A stretch of DNA of 64,000 nt. It comes from Fistulifera solaris (Eukaryota). Under the pieces are notes generated by a model. The model ran no database searches. It saw nothing but the letters and a program-made list of their open reading frames with translations, and was not told the DNA's origin. Within the stretch, counting starts at the first letter, position 1. Each line of letters opens with the position of its first letter. Where the stretch lies: NCBI GenBank assembly GCA_030295235.1, contig AP026135.1:806001-870000 (forward strand). The letters are read 5' to 3'. The position numbers were made by a program, and so were the translations under genes. This document shows, piece by piece, positions 12,520 to 23,966 of the stretch.

Positions 12520-13641
12520 TTACATGGCGAAAGGAAGTATCAGATAGGAACCATAGAAAAGTTTCCATAGGTGCATGTAATATGAGTAGACTTGATCACT
12601 GTCTGTGGCATCGACTCCTTGGGATTCTTTTCGGACGGACCATCCAAACAAAACAGCCGACACACCGGTGATGAGTCGCGCCAAAGTAACGCCGGGCGAA
12701 GTTGCACGTGTGGCTTGTTGCAAAAAGAAAGCACCGGAGCCCCAAAATAGCGCCGTCAGCAAATTGCGCATGGCCATAAAGACCGTCTTTTGGCCGAGTC
12801 GGACGGAAAATGTCCGTATATTCAATGTTTGGTCTCCCAATACATCAGGGACGTCCTTCATTAATGCAATCACCAATCCGAAAACGGCAAAGAAGATGCT
12901 ACTCCATAGACATTGTGCATTCCCAAGTAGACTGGCCATGACGGTGGTCGGCGTTTGAAATGCCGCAGCTTGTGCGTGCGCAAAGAAGCTCGCGTTGATA
13001 ACCAAGCCGCGCACTGCCACGATACAAAATGCGGCCCAGATGGGAAAACGCTTGAGCCGTAATGGTGGTAGGGAGTACACGGTTCCGAAGAAGGCAGATG
13101 CCCAAAGGGCGCTATTCAATCCCCTCGTTCCAAAAACGGGGTTCGCGATTCCCATTGACACGGATCCGACAAAAGCCAACGAGACAATTGCAATGGCAGT
13201 TTTCTTCGATAAGAGACCCGCAGCAATAGGAAGATCCGGCTTGTTGATTCGATCAATTTCCACATCCGTAATTTGATTCAAGCCGGTGATGTACAAGTTC
13301 ATGAGAAGCGAAGGGATCATGGCGTAGAGCATGGATTGCCAGCAAAGCGGCGATAGCGCCGCAGCGACCGACGGAGCGGCTAAGAAGTGCAGTGAAGGAA
13401 TCGCCATTGCGGAACCTATGATAGTGTGAGGCCGAGTGAATTTCCATAGAATGGTGGGGAAGGAAGGCTTCGGCTTGACATCGCTCGTGAGTGCCGAGCT
13501 CTCCGTTGCTACATGACGTAATGTGCGCGATTTGCTGTGAATAACAGGTCTCACCCTGACAGCATTTCGTGTAGACAGCCCCAACGCTTGAGTTTGCAGG
13601 GAAACCCCTATGAGAAGCAATCGGAGCAACCGATGAATCAT
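12520..13641 (-). CDS. Homogentisate prenyltransferase (UbiA family, HPT/VTE2-like), likely plastid-targeted
   Basis: Motifs WKFTRPHTIIGS, GLNQITDVEIDRINKPDLPIAAG and KDVPDVLGD, several TM helices, and an N-terminal signal plus transit-like peptide. Confidence 0.9.
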   Translation of the reverse strand: MIHRLLRLLLIGVSLQTQALGLSTRNAVRVRPVIHSKSRTLRHVATESSALTSDVKPKPSFPTILWKFTRPHTIIGSAMAIPSLHFLAAPSVAAALSPLCWQSMLYAMIPSLLMNLYITGLNQITDVEIDRINKPDLPIAAGLLSKKTAIAIVSLAFVGSVSMGIANPVFGTRGLNSALWASAFFGTVYSLPPLRLKRFPIWAAFCIVAVRGLVINASFFAHAQAAAFQTPTTVMASLLGNAQCLWSSIFFAVFGLVIALMKDVPDVLGDQTLNIRTFSVRLGQKTVFMAMRNLLTALFWGSGAFFLQQATRATSPGVTLARLITGVSAVLFGWSVRKESQGVDATDSDQVYSYYMHLWKLFYGSYLILPFAM

Positions 13642-14532
13642 TATGAGAATTGAGATCTTTTGAAATAATGATTAGCGGTCTCTGTTCGCACTAACGCAAT
13701 TCGTTTCGAAAGCAAGAGTGTCGAAGAATAGAAAAAGTGAAAAAAAGAAGCTTTTCAGTAAAGTTTATGCTGAAATGATGATGATGTTTACCTTTCGACT
13801 CACTGTGTGATGGGCTATGATCTATGATGGTTTCGTTTTTTGTGACGGAGCCGATAGCGAGAAATTTTGTCGATCTTCTGCATGTGTTTCGTGTTTCGTA
13901 CGATCGTTATATTTTCATTACGGGGGCCGGAAGGACCAGGAACTGTTTCGAAGAGAGGGCGTATGTGTCGCCTGTCCTACTTTCCCTATCATAGTGCTGG
14001 TCTGAGATTTGCTCCGACTCGATCAGATATCAGTCCCGAATTATTGCTATTGTATCCTATACTGTCAAGTGTTTTGGGTAGGGTTCAGGGTTTTACCACG
14101 GCTGACCTGGATATCAGTCCCGAAACTTACTAACATGATGAGTCATCAATGGATTCCCGGGAATACTCTGCCATTTTGCTAACACTTAAGTTTGTTAGCA
14201 CAACGAAAACAAAAAAAATTAATCGCTACATAGCCACACACGATTTCACACAGAAAATTTTGATTGCTGGTGTTGTTTATGGCTTACCTGGTATGTGCTG
14301 GTTGTACGTACTGCGTACGTTTGCAGGCGTTCTAAATTTACCTCTTAACCTTAAGCACGAAAGGTTTTTCTTCGGCATGCATCATAATCGATAATCGCGA
14401 CGACGACTTGCAAAAAAGACGATTGTGTTGAAGATGAGTCTATTATTTGGCAAAACATTCCATTCTTGCGCGGAAGACAATCATCATTAATTTACTCATA
14501 TTAAAGGCTACACTACCGAAGAAGTTGAAAGA

Positions 14533-15408
14533 ATGATATCAATAGCTCCGACGAAAAGAACCCATAGAAAGTGCACCGTCTCCATTTGCATCCTCCTCTT
14601 TGTCACGCTCTATGCCGTCAGAGGATTTTCTTCTGAACCAATCAACAACAATATATCAAATGAGTTTCGACAGCTGAAAATAACTTTTGTTACCGGAAAC
14701 GCTATGAAGGTATGTCACTAGAAACTTCAAGTCTGACACCAAGCTTATTGACTTACTTCAACGCGTCAGGCCCGTGAGGTCAAAGACATTCTAGCGCAAC
14801 ACGGCGCTACGCGAGGACCTACTCCCGAAACCAGTATGGTCGATTTGCGCATGCTTTCCGTTGATTTACCGGAATTGCAAGAGGTCGACACTATGGCGAT
14901 TGCTAAAAACAAAGCTATCTTTGCTGCTCAACTCGCGAATGGACCTTGTCTGGTAGAAGACACCTCACTCCATTTTCATGCACTTGGAGGCATGCCGGGT
15001 CCTTTATCAAATGGTTCCAAGAACCTCTTCAATCTACTGGTTTATACAATATTCTCGCGGCATACGAAGACAAGCGAGCTACGGCCGTTTGTACACTGGC
15101 GTTTTGTCCTTCTCCGCACGCGGATCCGGTCTTGTTCACGGGGGGAATGTTCGGGGACGATTGTCGCACCCCAGCCCGGAGGGGGGTTTGGATGGGACAG
15201 TATCTTTGTGCCCGATGGGAAAGAGATGCCGTTTTCGCAAATGACCGTAACCGAAAAGAATGCCCTGTCACATCGGGGGCAGGCGGTACGGAAATGGGCG
15301 ACGTGGCTGGGGCAAAATCACAACGCATTGTGGGAACGACAAGAACGCAAAGTGAATATGCCAGGGCATAAAGGGCTGGATTTCAAAGTATATTTTCCGG
15401 AGCAATGA
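14533..15408 (+). CDS. ITPA: Inosine triphosphate pyrophosphatase (HAM1/ITPase) (intron 14710-14769; apparent frameshifts at 15003-15005 and 15140-15145)
   Basis: Motifs ITFVTGNAMK, DLPELQ, LVEDTSL..ALGGMPGP[F]IKWF, FGWDSIFVP and KNALSHR. The N-terminus has a hydrophobic signal ending VRG-F. Confidence 0.9.
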
Positions 15409-16206
15409 TAGTGACAAACGATCTTTTGCAATGACACAAAAGAAAAGACAACTATTCGTCCCACAATATCATATTCTAGAAGGTTAATGCACCAGTATGT
15501 TGTCGTCATCTTTCGTGCTCTACCTGGTATTTCGAATTCGTTCAGCTTATGCTTCTGGTTTCCATTCTGGCAGTGTGCAAGCGGAATGAACCGGCGCGGG
15601 ACTGGTATTTCACTTAAAAATGCTTGATTTTGACTCATCGGAGAAGGTTTCATCCGACGAATCAGTCGATACGTTAGAGACGCTACTGTAGTCTGATTCA
15701 TCCAAGGCTCAAGAAAGTATTGTCCAGGGCGTCATGGAAAGGATCGTCAAGTGTTAACATGAGAACTTGGAGCATCTACTGCCACTGTCGCACGGCACTC
15801 TCGAGCTCTTTTACAAGCTTTCGTCGGTTACGTCGTTCGAAAGGTATCTTTGATGATCAATTGCTTGTTTTTACATTCAATGGAAAGGAAAGTGCGACGC
15901 AGACGCAACTTCATCACAGATGGAGGTGCAGCATTGCAATGCCTTGCACTTTGCGGGTTGCATTCGAGACTTAATGATCTACAGTGGCATTCTTATGTGA
16001 CGATAATCATACCGGTACTAAACCTTCTAAACACGATTTTCGCGGAGTTGCACGTTGGCGTGACCTATTTTTTCTCCAACCGACGCGAACAAAATAAAAC
16101 CGCTTTTGGCATGCATTTCAATTGCAAACCATCATCACCCCATCTAACGGCAGTTTTCTCTCAAACTTCTTTTGGGTCATTCTTTTCTGGTTGATTCAAA
16201 AATCCA

Positions 16207-17104
16207 ATGGCTGCAATCATCGAAAATCCTCGCATCTTGGCGCTCTTCGATGTCGACGGGACGCTCACGATTCCGCGAGGTGAAATCACCCCCGAAATGA
16301 TGGCGTTCATGAAGGATTTGAGTAAAAAAGATCACGGTGGGAATTGTTGGAGGTTCGTGACGAATAATAATGCGAGAAAGCTTCGGTCGGTATCTGTTTG
16401 TCTCACCAATTTGTTCCGAATATTTGCAGGCAGTGATCTTCCAAAGCAACAGGAGCAGTTGGGCAACGGAATTGTCAACGACTTTCCTTGGAACTTCTCG
16501 CAAAACGGCCTTGTTGCTTACAAGAATGGAGAGTTGCAGGAAGTCCAGACTTTGTCGAAATTTTTAGGAGAGGACAACGTCAAGCGCATTGTCAACTGGG
16601 TCATGAAGTATTTGGCCGACTTGGATATTCCAGTCAAGGTAAGTCTACGAGAAATGTTTTCCCCTGTACTTGTCTTCGCTTCCTTACAAGCATCGTCTAC
16701 AATAGCGTGGAACTTTCATCGAGTTTCGCAGCGGCATGTTTAATATTTCACCCATTGGTCGTAACTGCTCACGGGAAGAACGCGACGAATACGAAGTCTT
16801 TGATCTCAAACACAACGTACGCAAAAACATGGTGGAAGCGATGAAGAAGGAATTTGCTGATTTGGGATTGACGTACAGTATCGGTGGTCAAATCTCCTTT
16901 GACGTTTTTCCCAATGGTTGGGATAAGACGTACTGTCTTCGGTTCCTCAAAGAAGAAGATTACGACGAAATCCATTTCTTCGGCGATAAGACGTTCGAGG
17001 GAGGAAACGACTTTGAGATCTTTACTCACAATCGTACCATTGGACACACGGTCACATCTCCGGATGATACTCGAGAGCAATGCACCAAGTTATTTATGTC
17101 GTAG
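16207..17104 (+). CDS. PMM: Phosphomannomutase (HAD-IIB) (introns 16353-16429, 16639-16705; apparent frameshift at 16324-16329)
   Basis: Motifs [65 protein letters not shown] and [12 protein letters not shown]. Confidence 0.95.
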
Positions 17105-17227
17105 AAACATGTAGCATACATGGGAACACTCCTAGTAGTATATGAGCGACTATCTGAAGAATATCAAAATACTATTCATCTCTACAATATTTGCCTCAAT
17201 ATTTGACTACAACTACCTGGATGATAG

Positions 17228-20200
17228 TCAAACCACAAACTCTTGGAGGGGACGTTTTTGGCCGGCAAGGGGTCGAGCCGATCCGCAAGCCATGCACTTA
17301 CGACGTGAGATTTTGTTATGCAGGGTGCACGAAACACACGCCCACTCGTTGGAAGACGGTTGGCTCTCTTGACTGAACTCGGTAGACGACTGAGTCGCGG
17401 CTTCTGTGGGGCTGCGTTTTCCTTATTGAGCTGATTCTTGTTTCCCTTCTTTGCAATTGAGCCTGCTGAATCATCGCTAATGTCTATCGCAACTGTACCA
17501 CTGCCTTTCTTCTCATATAATGCATCACCGTCCTCGCCTTCGTTGTTATGGTCTGCTAGGAAAGCACAACGTCTCGAATCGTCGTGCTTCCGTCCTTGAA
17601 ACTTGTTTTCATTTCTTTTCTGATCATTAGTTGGCCGAGTCGCCCCACAAGCATTGCATTTTGTGCGTGAAGTTTTGTTGTGTAGTGTGCACGACAGGCA
17701 AAACCACTCGTCTGAATCAAGTTGACTTTCCTGGCTGAGCTCAGAAGATGATTGAGTTGAGGGTGCTTCCAGGGCTTTACTCTTCTTTTGTAGTTTCTTT
17801 TTTGCAGTGGCGCCTAACGACTCCTCGCCATCGCTGTTGTCCACCGTTAGTGTTCCGCTGCCTTTCTTCTTAGATAAAATTCCCTCACCGATGTCTTTAT
17901 CGGCGGTCTCATGCTGGTCGTCAATCTCACCTGCCTCGTCTTCGTCATCGCTTTCGTTCAGCTCTGAACGGCACCAAGCTCTTCCATAGCTTGGCGCTCT
18001 TCCTCCTCTTGCTGTCGCTCCTGAATGAGACTCCATGTCACCTCTAGGCCAAAAACAAACGAAACGGCGTCACAGCCCCGCATTGCTGCTCGGAAGATAG
18101 GGTCGTCCACGGTATCAGTAGTATGATGATGCGACCAATTACGCATATTCTCTTCATCAGGCATACCAATTTGTTCCTGGTAGTCCTCGCCTCGCTCGTT
18201 ATGTACATTTGCACAGCAACCCAAAACATCTCCCTCATCTTCCTTATCCTTCGTTTCCTCGTCTTCAGGTTTCATACTTAGTAGCGCGGGTACTAGATCT
18301 GTCCAACGCTCCAGCCACCAACATTGCAAGGATCGCGAGGCGTCGGCTATGGCATCTTGTTCGGGTTCCCAAACTTTGATCACATTAGAAAAGATGCGGT
18401 TGACGTCTTTTGCAAACTCCGACACTTTCTTGTAGTACGATTTTACTGGATCCTCGCACGGTTCAAGGCGTTTACGGATCACTTGAAAGTCCATTGGTTG
18501 CTTGACCAACTTTTCGTACTCATCCTTTGTTTTACCGTGTTCCGTAGGATCCAGCATTTTCAAAAACATTGCTGCCTCCGGAAGCTGGCACATCTCCTCC
18601 AAAAGTGATCGGCAAGCATCGAGTTGTCGGGGAAGCACTTTCAATGCATCCATTTCAGCACCATCCTGTATAATTTGACACCGATCACATCGAAGTTTGT
18701 CGTGAGTATCTGACGGTGTACCTGTTCTTAGTTTGAACAAGTTGCGCAACTCTTTCGTGCTAAGAGCATTGACTTGCTCTTTGTCGTCGACCACAGACTG
18801 AAGACCCTCTTTGGAGAGCTGGCGTTGAAAGATTTTCTCCTCGACGGTACCTGTTGCCAAGAAGCGATAAGTGAAACAGCGCTTCTTTTGTCCGTCACGC
18901 CAGCATCGAGCAGCCGCCTGAAGAATGGTTAGACGCATTGCTCGTTTAGTTCTGCATGAATTATATTGTGACTTACCTGTTTGTCGACGGCTGGATTCCA
19001 ATCAGGGTCGAAGAGAACTAAACGATTTCCTCCGATGAGATTGAGACCGCTGTTGGAAATTGTAAATAAAAGTGTTTTAGGGGACGTCAATCGTCAGCGC
19101 GGCAGTAAGTTTGACAAGCATACTCACCATCCACCTGCTTTACTCGATAACAGGAAAGCAACCAATGAACTGCTCGGGTCGTTGAACTCGTCCACCATCT
19201 TCTGTCGCTTTTTCATAGAAATGCTGCCATCAAGTCGACAGAATCCCCACGTGTTCTGTTTGCACATGCGGCCGATTAGATCTAACGTCTGAGTGTAGTT
19301 CGAAATGATAACGATCTTGTCATTGCCGTTGCCAGGTTTTCTCATTTCTTTCATAAGACGATACAGCACAAACATTTTCCCCGACCATTCTGGATGAACA
19401 GGGCCATCATTTCGACCGCCGTCGGAAAAGGGCAAAAACTTCGAGACCCCATCGGCACCAGGAGCAGCTGAAGTGACTTTGTCTTCGTCGTCCGTGTATT
19501 TGGCTTTCTTAGCACACGAACGCCCATTGCGTGCAGGACCTGACTTGGTCGACGGATCTTCTTCGGCGATGAGAGACGGATGATTGCACAATTTCATCAG
19601 CATTTGAATCGAAGACAAACAGTTCACTTGTTTTCCATCGAGAACGTGTTGCATATCCTTGCTGTTAACAAGATGTTGATACATGTTCTGCTGAATCTCC
19701 GTGAGGTTACAGCAGACCACTTGAACAAGCTTTGGAGGGAGATGCTGAGCGTTCAACGTGTTGACACGACGAAGGATGAACTCATTTACAATGGTGCTCA
19801 TATCATTCTGGATTTGCATCATCTTGCGTTTCTGCTCTTCGGTTGCATCAGGCTCACGACCACGTAGAATAGGGAAGAGCATTCTTCGACGAAATTCTTC
19901 CGCCGTACCCAGGATTCCTGGATTCGTAAAGTCCACCATCGCAAAAAAACTCGCTCAAGTCATTCTGCATGGGAGTACCAGTCAAGAGCACGCGGCGTTT
20001 GACTGGCAGAGAATTGAGCGCTCGGCTGGTCTGATTATCACTATTTTTGAGTCGATGAGCTTCGTCGCACACCAGTAAATCACAACAGTCTTTGAATTTT
20101 ATCATTCGAGGGGCATGAGTTCGAATGCACTCGTAGCTTGCGACAAGGATATTGTTGATTTTCGTCTTACAAAAACTATCAATGTTGCTTTCAATCGTCT

Positions 20201-21121
20201 TGCGGTCTCCTTCTGCTAAGGCCATGACTTTGACGGCATTTGGTCCAAGCCATTTCACAAACTCGTTTGCCCAGTTCTTGACCAAGGAGCACGGGCAAAC
20301 TACGACAACCCTCTTAGCGGTCGCTTCGCCGTTGGCTGTAATGCTCGTTTTCAACAGAGTGTAAATCAAAGTAACAGATTGAAGCGTTTTTCCCAAACCC
20401 ATGTCTGTTGGGCGAGAGGGCAACAATGAGACCACTATTTTAACTGTTTGTTGTTGAGATACATAGATAGGAACGTACCATCAGCGAGAATGCATCCATT
20501 TCCTTTAAAGGTTCTTAAACCCATAACGCATTGATACATGAAAAGCACACCTTCCCTTTGATGCGGTCGTAACCATTTCGCCAACACAGGAGGTACGAAG
20601 ACGTCTTGCTTATTGTAAGCTTCTTTTGGAGCAGCTTTGACGATGGTGACTTCTTCGTCTATACCGTGCTCGTCGGGTCGCATTTCTTTTAACAGCGTCG
20701 GAGGTAATCCTTTCGCCTCAACTCCTTCGTTGTGGGGACTTCTCCACAAAAGCAGCGGTTCAAACGGGCGTTCTTCGTTCTCTTCTTCCTCTTCATCATC
20801 ACTACAGTCCGTTCCCGATTCACCGTGATCTTTCGGTTTCTCGGGTGCCTTGAAATGCAATCCTCGTCCCGCCCGCGCGAGTAACTTTGCCATTCCATCC
20901 ATACGACGACGTTGCCCCAAACTACTTCTTCGAAGCGCTAGATCCGCCGCCTGATTGCGTCGCTTCTGAAAAGGTCGCTGAAAGGGCTTTTGCAGACCTA
21001 CCAATCCCACAAAAAGCGGCGCTTGTCGTACGACCAGCTTTGCCCCGGGTCGGAAAAGTGACGATGATTTCTTCACGACGGCATTGCATTTTTCCGTTTG
21101 TTGCCGATGAATGACTTTCAT
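17228..21121 (-). CDS. RAD54: RAD54-family SNF2 translocase with an inserted bromodomain and two C-terminal RanBP2-type zinc fingers (introns 20405-20478, 19050-19127, 18918-18976; three apparent frameshifts)
   Basis: SNF2 motifs [69 protein letters not shown] and [13 protein letters not shown] bromodomain-like [11 protein letters not shown]...[11 protein letters not shown] segment and W-x-C-x2-C...C-x2-C twice follow. Confidence 0.88.
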
Positions 21122-21549
21122 CTTATGACTGTGTCCTCTGCCAAGTTGTTTCTCTCAGACTGCAAGAGGTGGTGTGATTTGATATCTCTTTGCGGCTATT
21201 CGTTCTTGTCGACCATGTCAAGGTGCGCCTAGTTCTGCAATGTTGGCATCAAAGAATGAAGGGACTCGTTTGCGCAGCCAGCTGAGTTGGACTTAGGTAC
21301 AAGTACAAAGGCAACGGATGAATACGCCTCGTCATTTTTGGCGCAATCTTTTCAGTCAAGAAATGACGGGATTGAAGGCAACTGAACTCGTCTGGCCATC
21401 CGTCCCAAAAAACGTTCACTTTCCATCGCCGACCTTAAGGAAAACGCGTTCCATTACACCGCCAAGGTGAAAGAAGTTTCCATTATTCGGGGGAACACTA
21501 AAAGAACCTCCTTCTTTTCCATACCGATACCTCGTCTTTTCATCCCAGA

Positions 21550-22950
21550 ATGAAAGAAGAAGCGGGCGGGAGGTCGCGCAACGTCAAAGAGCTTCATGTA
21601 GCTCCGATGCTCGATGTGACCAACCGAGATTTCCGTTATTTGGTTCGTTTACTGACCAAACGAGCTGTTCTGTGGACCGAAATGGTAGTGGATGACACGT
21701 TGGTCTTTGGTGACACGGATATGGTGAAAAATCATTATCTGGAGTTTGATGAAGCTGAACACCCTCTTGTATGTCAGATAGGATCATCCGGCTATAATCT
21801 CGAGTGGACGGAGGAGGCATCGAAGAAAGTACGCGACGCGGGATATGATGAAATCAATCTCAATGCGGAATGTCCCAGTAATAAAGTGGCGGTTCGGCGC
21901 CAATTCGGAGCAGCATTGATGAAAAAGCCAGACATTTCTTCCAGTATCCTGAACACCATGAGGTGTGTGGAAAATAACATTCCGGTTTCCATCAAGATGA
22001 GAATTGCCATTGATGAAATTGACGCACAAGACTTTCTTTATGAGTACATCAAACACTTAGTAGAAGAATGCGGATGTCGTCGGTTTTATCTGCACTCGCG
22101 GAAAGTCTACACGGACGGGCGTTATAGGCCACTACAAAATCGAAATGTGCCTCCACTCAACTTTCCGTCCGTGTATAACGTGTGTCGACAGTTTCCAGAA
22201 TGTGACTTCTGGATCAATGGAGGTATACGGACGATTGAACACGCCAAAGCCATTTGTTTTGGAGAAAGGATAGATGGAGAGCCTTGTGAAGGAGAATCGG
22301 TAGTTCTTCTAGGGCACGGAAATTTTCCTTGTAGGTTATGCAATGAGAGCAACGGATCTTGCATTGCTCCTCCTTCAATTGTACCAGAAAATTTGAGAGG
22401 TTGTTTAATAGGACGCGCCGCCATGGAAAATCCTGCCGTGCTTGCTGATGTCGATCGCTATTTCTATGGAGAAGAAAGCAATCCAGCTCAGAACCGACGT
22501 CAAGTTCTGCTACGTTATGCTGACTATCTCTCGCGGCGGTATCCGAAGCGTTGTTGCGACTCGGATCCCCGCGTGTCGACGGTTAATGCTCCTATAATAT
22601 ATGATCTGATTCATGATAGACTGTGTCAAATCTGCGGGGCGGAGGATGAATATGTCGATGGAGGTGCCGAGCTTCGAGAATTACGAATTGCAAAGCCTGT
22701 GATAGATCTAGCTATGAAGCCTGTACTGGGAATGTTTTATGGTGTAAAAGGTGGACAGAAACGATGGCGCCAGATCTGTCACGAAGTGTCCTGTGACACG
22801 CACATACGAAACTGTGGTCCGGCATATGTATTGCGAAAGGCGGTCGAACAAATGAATCCATTACTCCTGGATAAGGATTTTGAGTTATGCAGCGATGAAT
22901 CGAAAGGCGATGTAAATAGTAATATCCTCGTCCATGATGACGATGAATGA
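21550..22950 (+). CDS. tRNA-dihydrouridine synthase, DusA-like
   Basis: Motifs VAPMLDVTNRDFRYLVRLL...LWTEMVV, GYDEINLNAECPS, FGAALM, PVSIKMRI, NRNVPPL, INGGI and IGRAA. Confidence 0.88.
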   Translation: MKEEAGGRSRNVKELHVAPMLDVTNRDFRYLVRLLTKRAVLWTEMVVDDTLVFGDTDMVKNHYLEFDEAEHPLVCQIGSSGYNLEWTEEASKKVRDAGYDEINLNAECPSNKVAVRRQFGAALMKKPDISSSILNTMRCVENNIPVSIKMRIAIDEIDAQDFLYEYIKHLVEECGCRRFYLHSRKVYTDGRYRPLQNRNVPPLNFPSVYNVCRQFPECDFWINGGIRTIEHAKAICFGERIDGEPCEGESVVLLGHGNFPCRLCNESNGSCIAPPSIVPENLRGCLIGRAAMENPAVLADVDRYFYGEESNPAQNRRQVLLRYADYLSRRYPKRCCDSDPRVSTVNAPIIYDLIHDRLCQICGAEDEYVDGGAELRELRIAKPVIDLAMKPVLGMFYGVKGGQKRWRQICHEVSCDTHIRNCGPAYVLRKAVEQMNPLLLDKDFELCSDESKGDVNSNILVHDDDE

Positions 22951-23100
22951 TCATAATGATTCTTGTAATCGGTTTGTATTTGAAGCGCTAGTCGCACGTT
23001 GAGACAAGGATTTTACTTGAGTTTTTTAAAAACTAGTAATCAAAAGTAGTGTAATTTGGTGAGTTATGTATAATCAAATGTTTGCGCCATAGTAACAAGG

Positions 23101-23173
23101 GGACTATTAGCTCAGTAGGTAGAGCGTGCGACTGTTAATCGCAAGGTCGACGGTTCGATCCCGCCATGGTCCG
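23101..23173 (+). tRNA. tRNA-Asn (anticodon GTT)
   Basis: Acceptor stem GGACTAT/ATGGTCC, D arm TAGCTCAGTAGGTAGAGC, anticodon arm TGCGA-CTGTTAA-TCGCA, T loop GGTTCGATCCC, then a T run consistent with a Pol III terminator. Confidence 0.96.
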
Positions 23174-23471
23174 CTCTTTTTGTCACATGTTGAGTCAAGT
23201 CCGACGCAAGCTAAACTCGTGGAAGAAAGATCATCACCAAAACATTTCCTTTTTTCTTTTTAGCAGTTTGCTGTTTATTGTTCATACGCTCACGTTCAAA
23301 CGACTTCAAATTTTCCGTCTGTGTCCTTATTTGCTGCCCACAAATGGAGGCATGGTTGGGCAGAATACTTCAAAAGCTAGAAACGCTACGACACAGGCAC
23401 AGTAAATGGATGTTCAGGTTAAGAGAACAGAGAATACAGAAGAAACTTTGATATTTAGTCTGGTCAATTAT

Positions 23472-23966
23472 TTATTTTTCTGGGATTTCGACTTCGCCAT
23501 CATCGATACCAGCCTGGATGTCACGGGGGCTTTCACCATTGACCGTGCACCCAATACTGTTACAAGTACCAAGGATCTCCTTCACTGTACCAGAGAGCTT
23601 GCGAGCCATGGATCGCTCACGCATCTGACGAGCAATGTCGATGACCTGGTCGAGAGTCAAGTTTCCGTTGTGCTTGACGTTCTTGACCTTCTTACGGTCA
23701 CGAACGGGCTCGTTCAAAGCCTTCATGACCAAGGAGGACGAGGAAGGGATCATCGAAACGGTTGCCTGACGGTTCACAACAGTCAACTTGACGGTAACGT
23801 TCAAACCTTTCCAATCCATGGTGGCTTTCTGGATATCTTCACCGACCTTCTTTGGGGACAAACCCAAGGGACCGATCTTAGGAGCAAGGGAAGATGCAGA
23901 ACCGACTTCACCGCCGACGGTTCGCATGATCACGATTTTAACATCATCACTAGGAGGAGGGCCCAT
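23472..23966 (-). CDS. RPL12: 60S ribosomal protein L12 (uL11)
   Basis: Motifs [28 protein letters not shown] and [14 protein letters not shown]...[10 protein letters not shown]. Confidence 0.97.
   Translation of the reverse strand: MGPPPSDDVKIVIMRTVGGEVGSASSLAPKIGPLGLSPKKVGEDIQKATMDWKGLNVTVKLTVVNRQATVSMIPSSSSLVMKALNEPVRDRKKVKNVKHNGNLTLDQVIDIARQMRERSMARKLSGTVKEILGTCNSIGCTVNGESPRDIQAGIDDGEVEIPEK

Noticed and set aside
14026..14124. 15-bp direct repeat gatatcagtcccgaa, two copies about 84 bp apart
   Set aside because: Only two copies, with no array, terminal inverted repeats or associated ORF.
17958..17960. In-frame TGA in RAD54 (and at 28743-28745) as possible selenocysteine or readthrough
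   Set aside because: The plausible protein continues in a different frame, so a one-base indel explains it. No SECIS was recognised.
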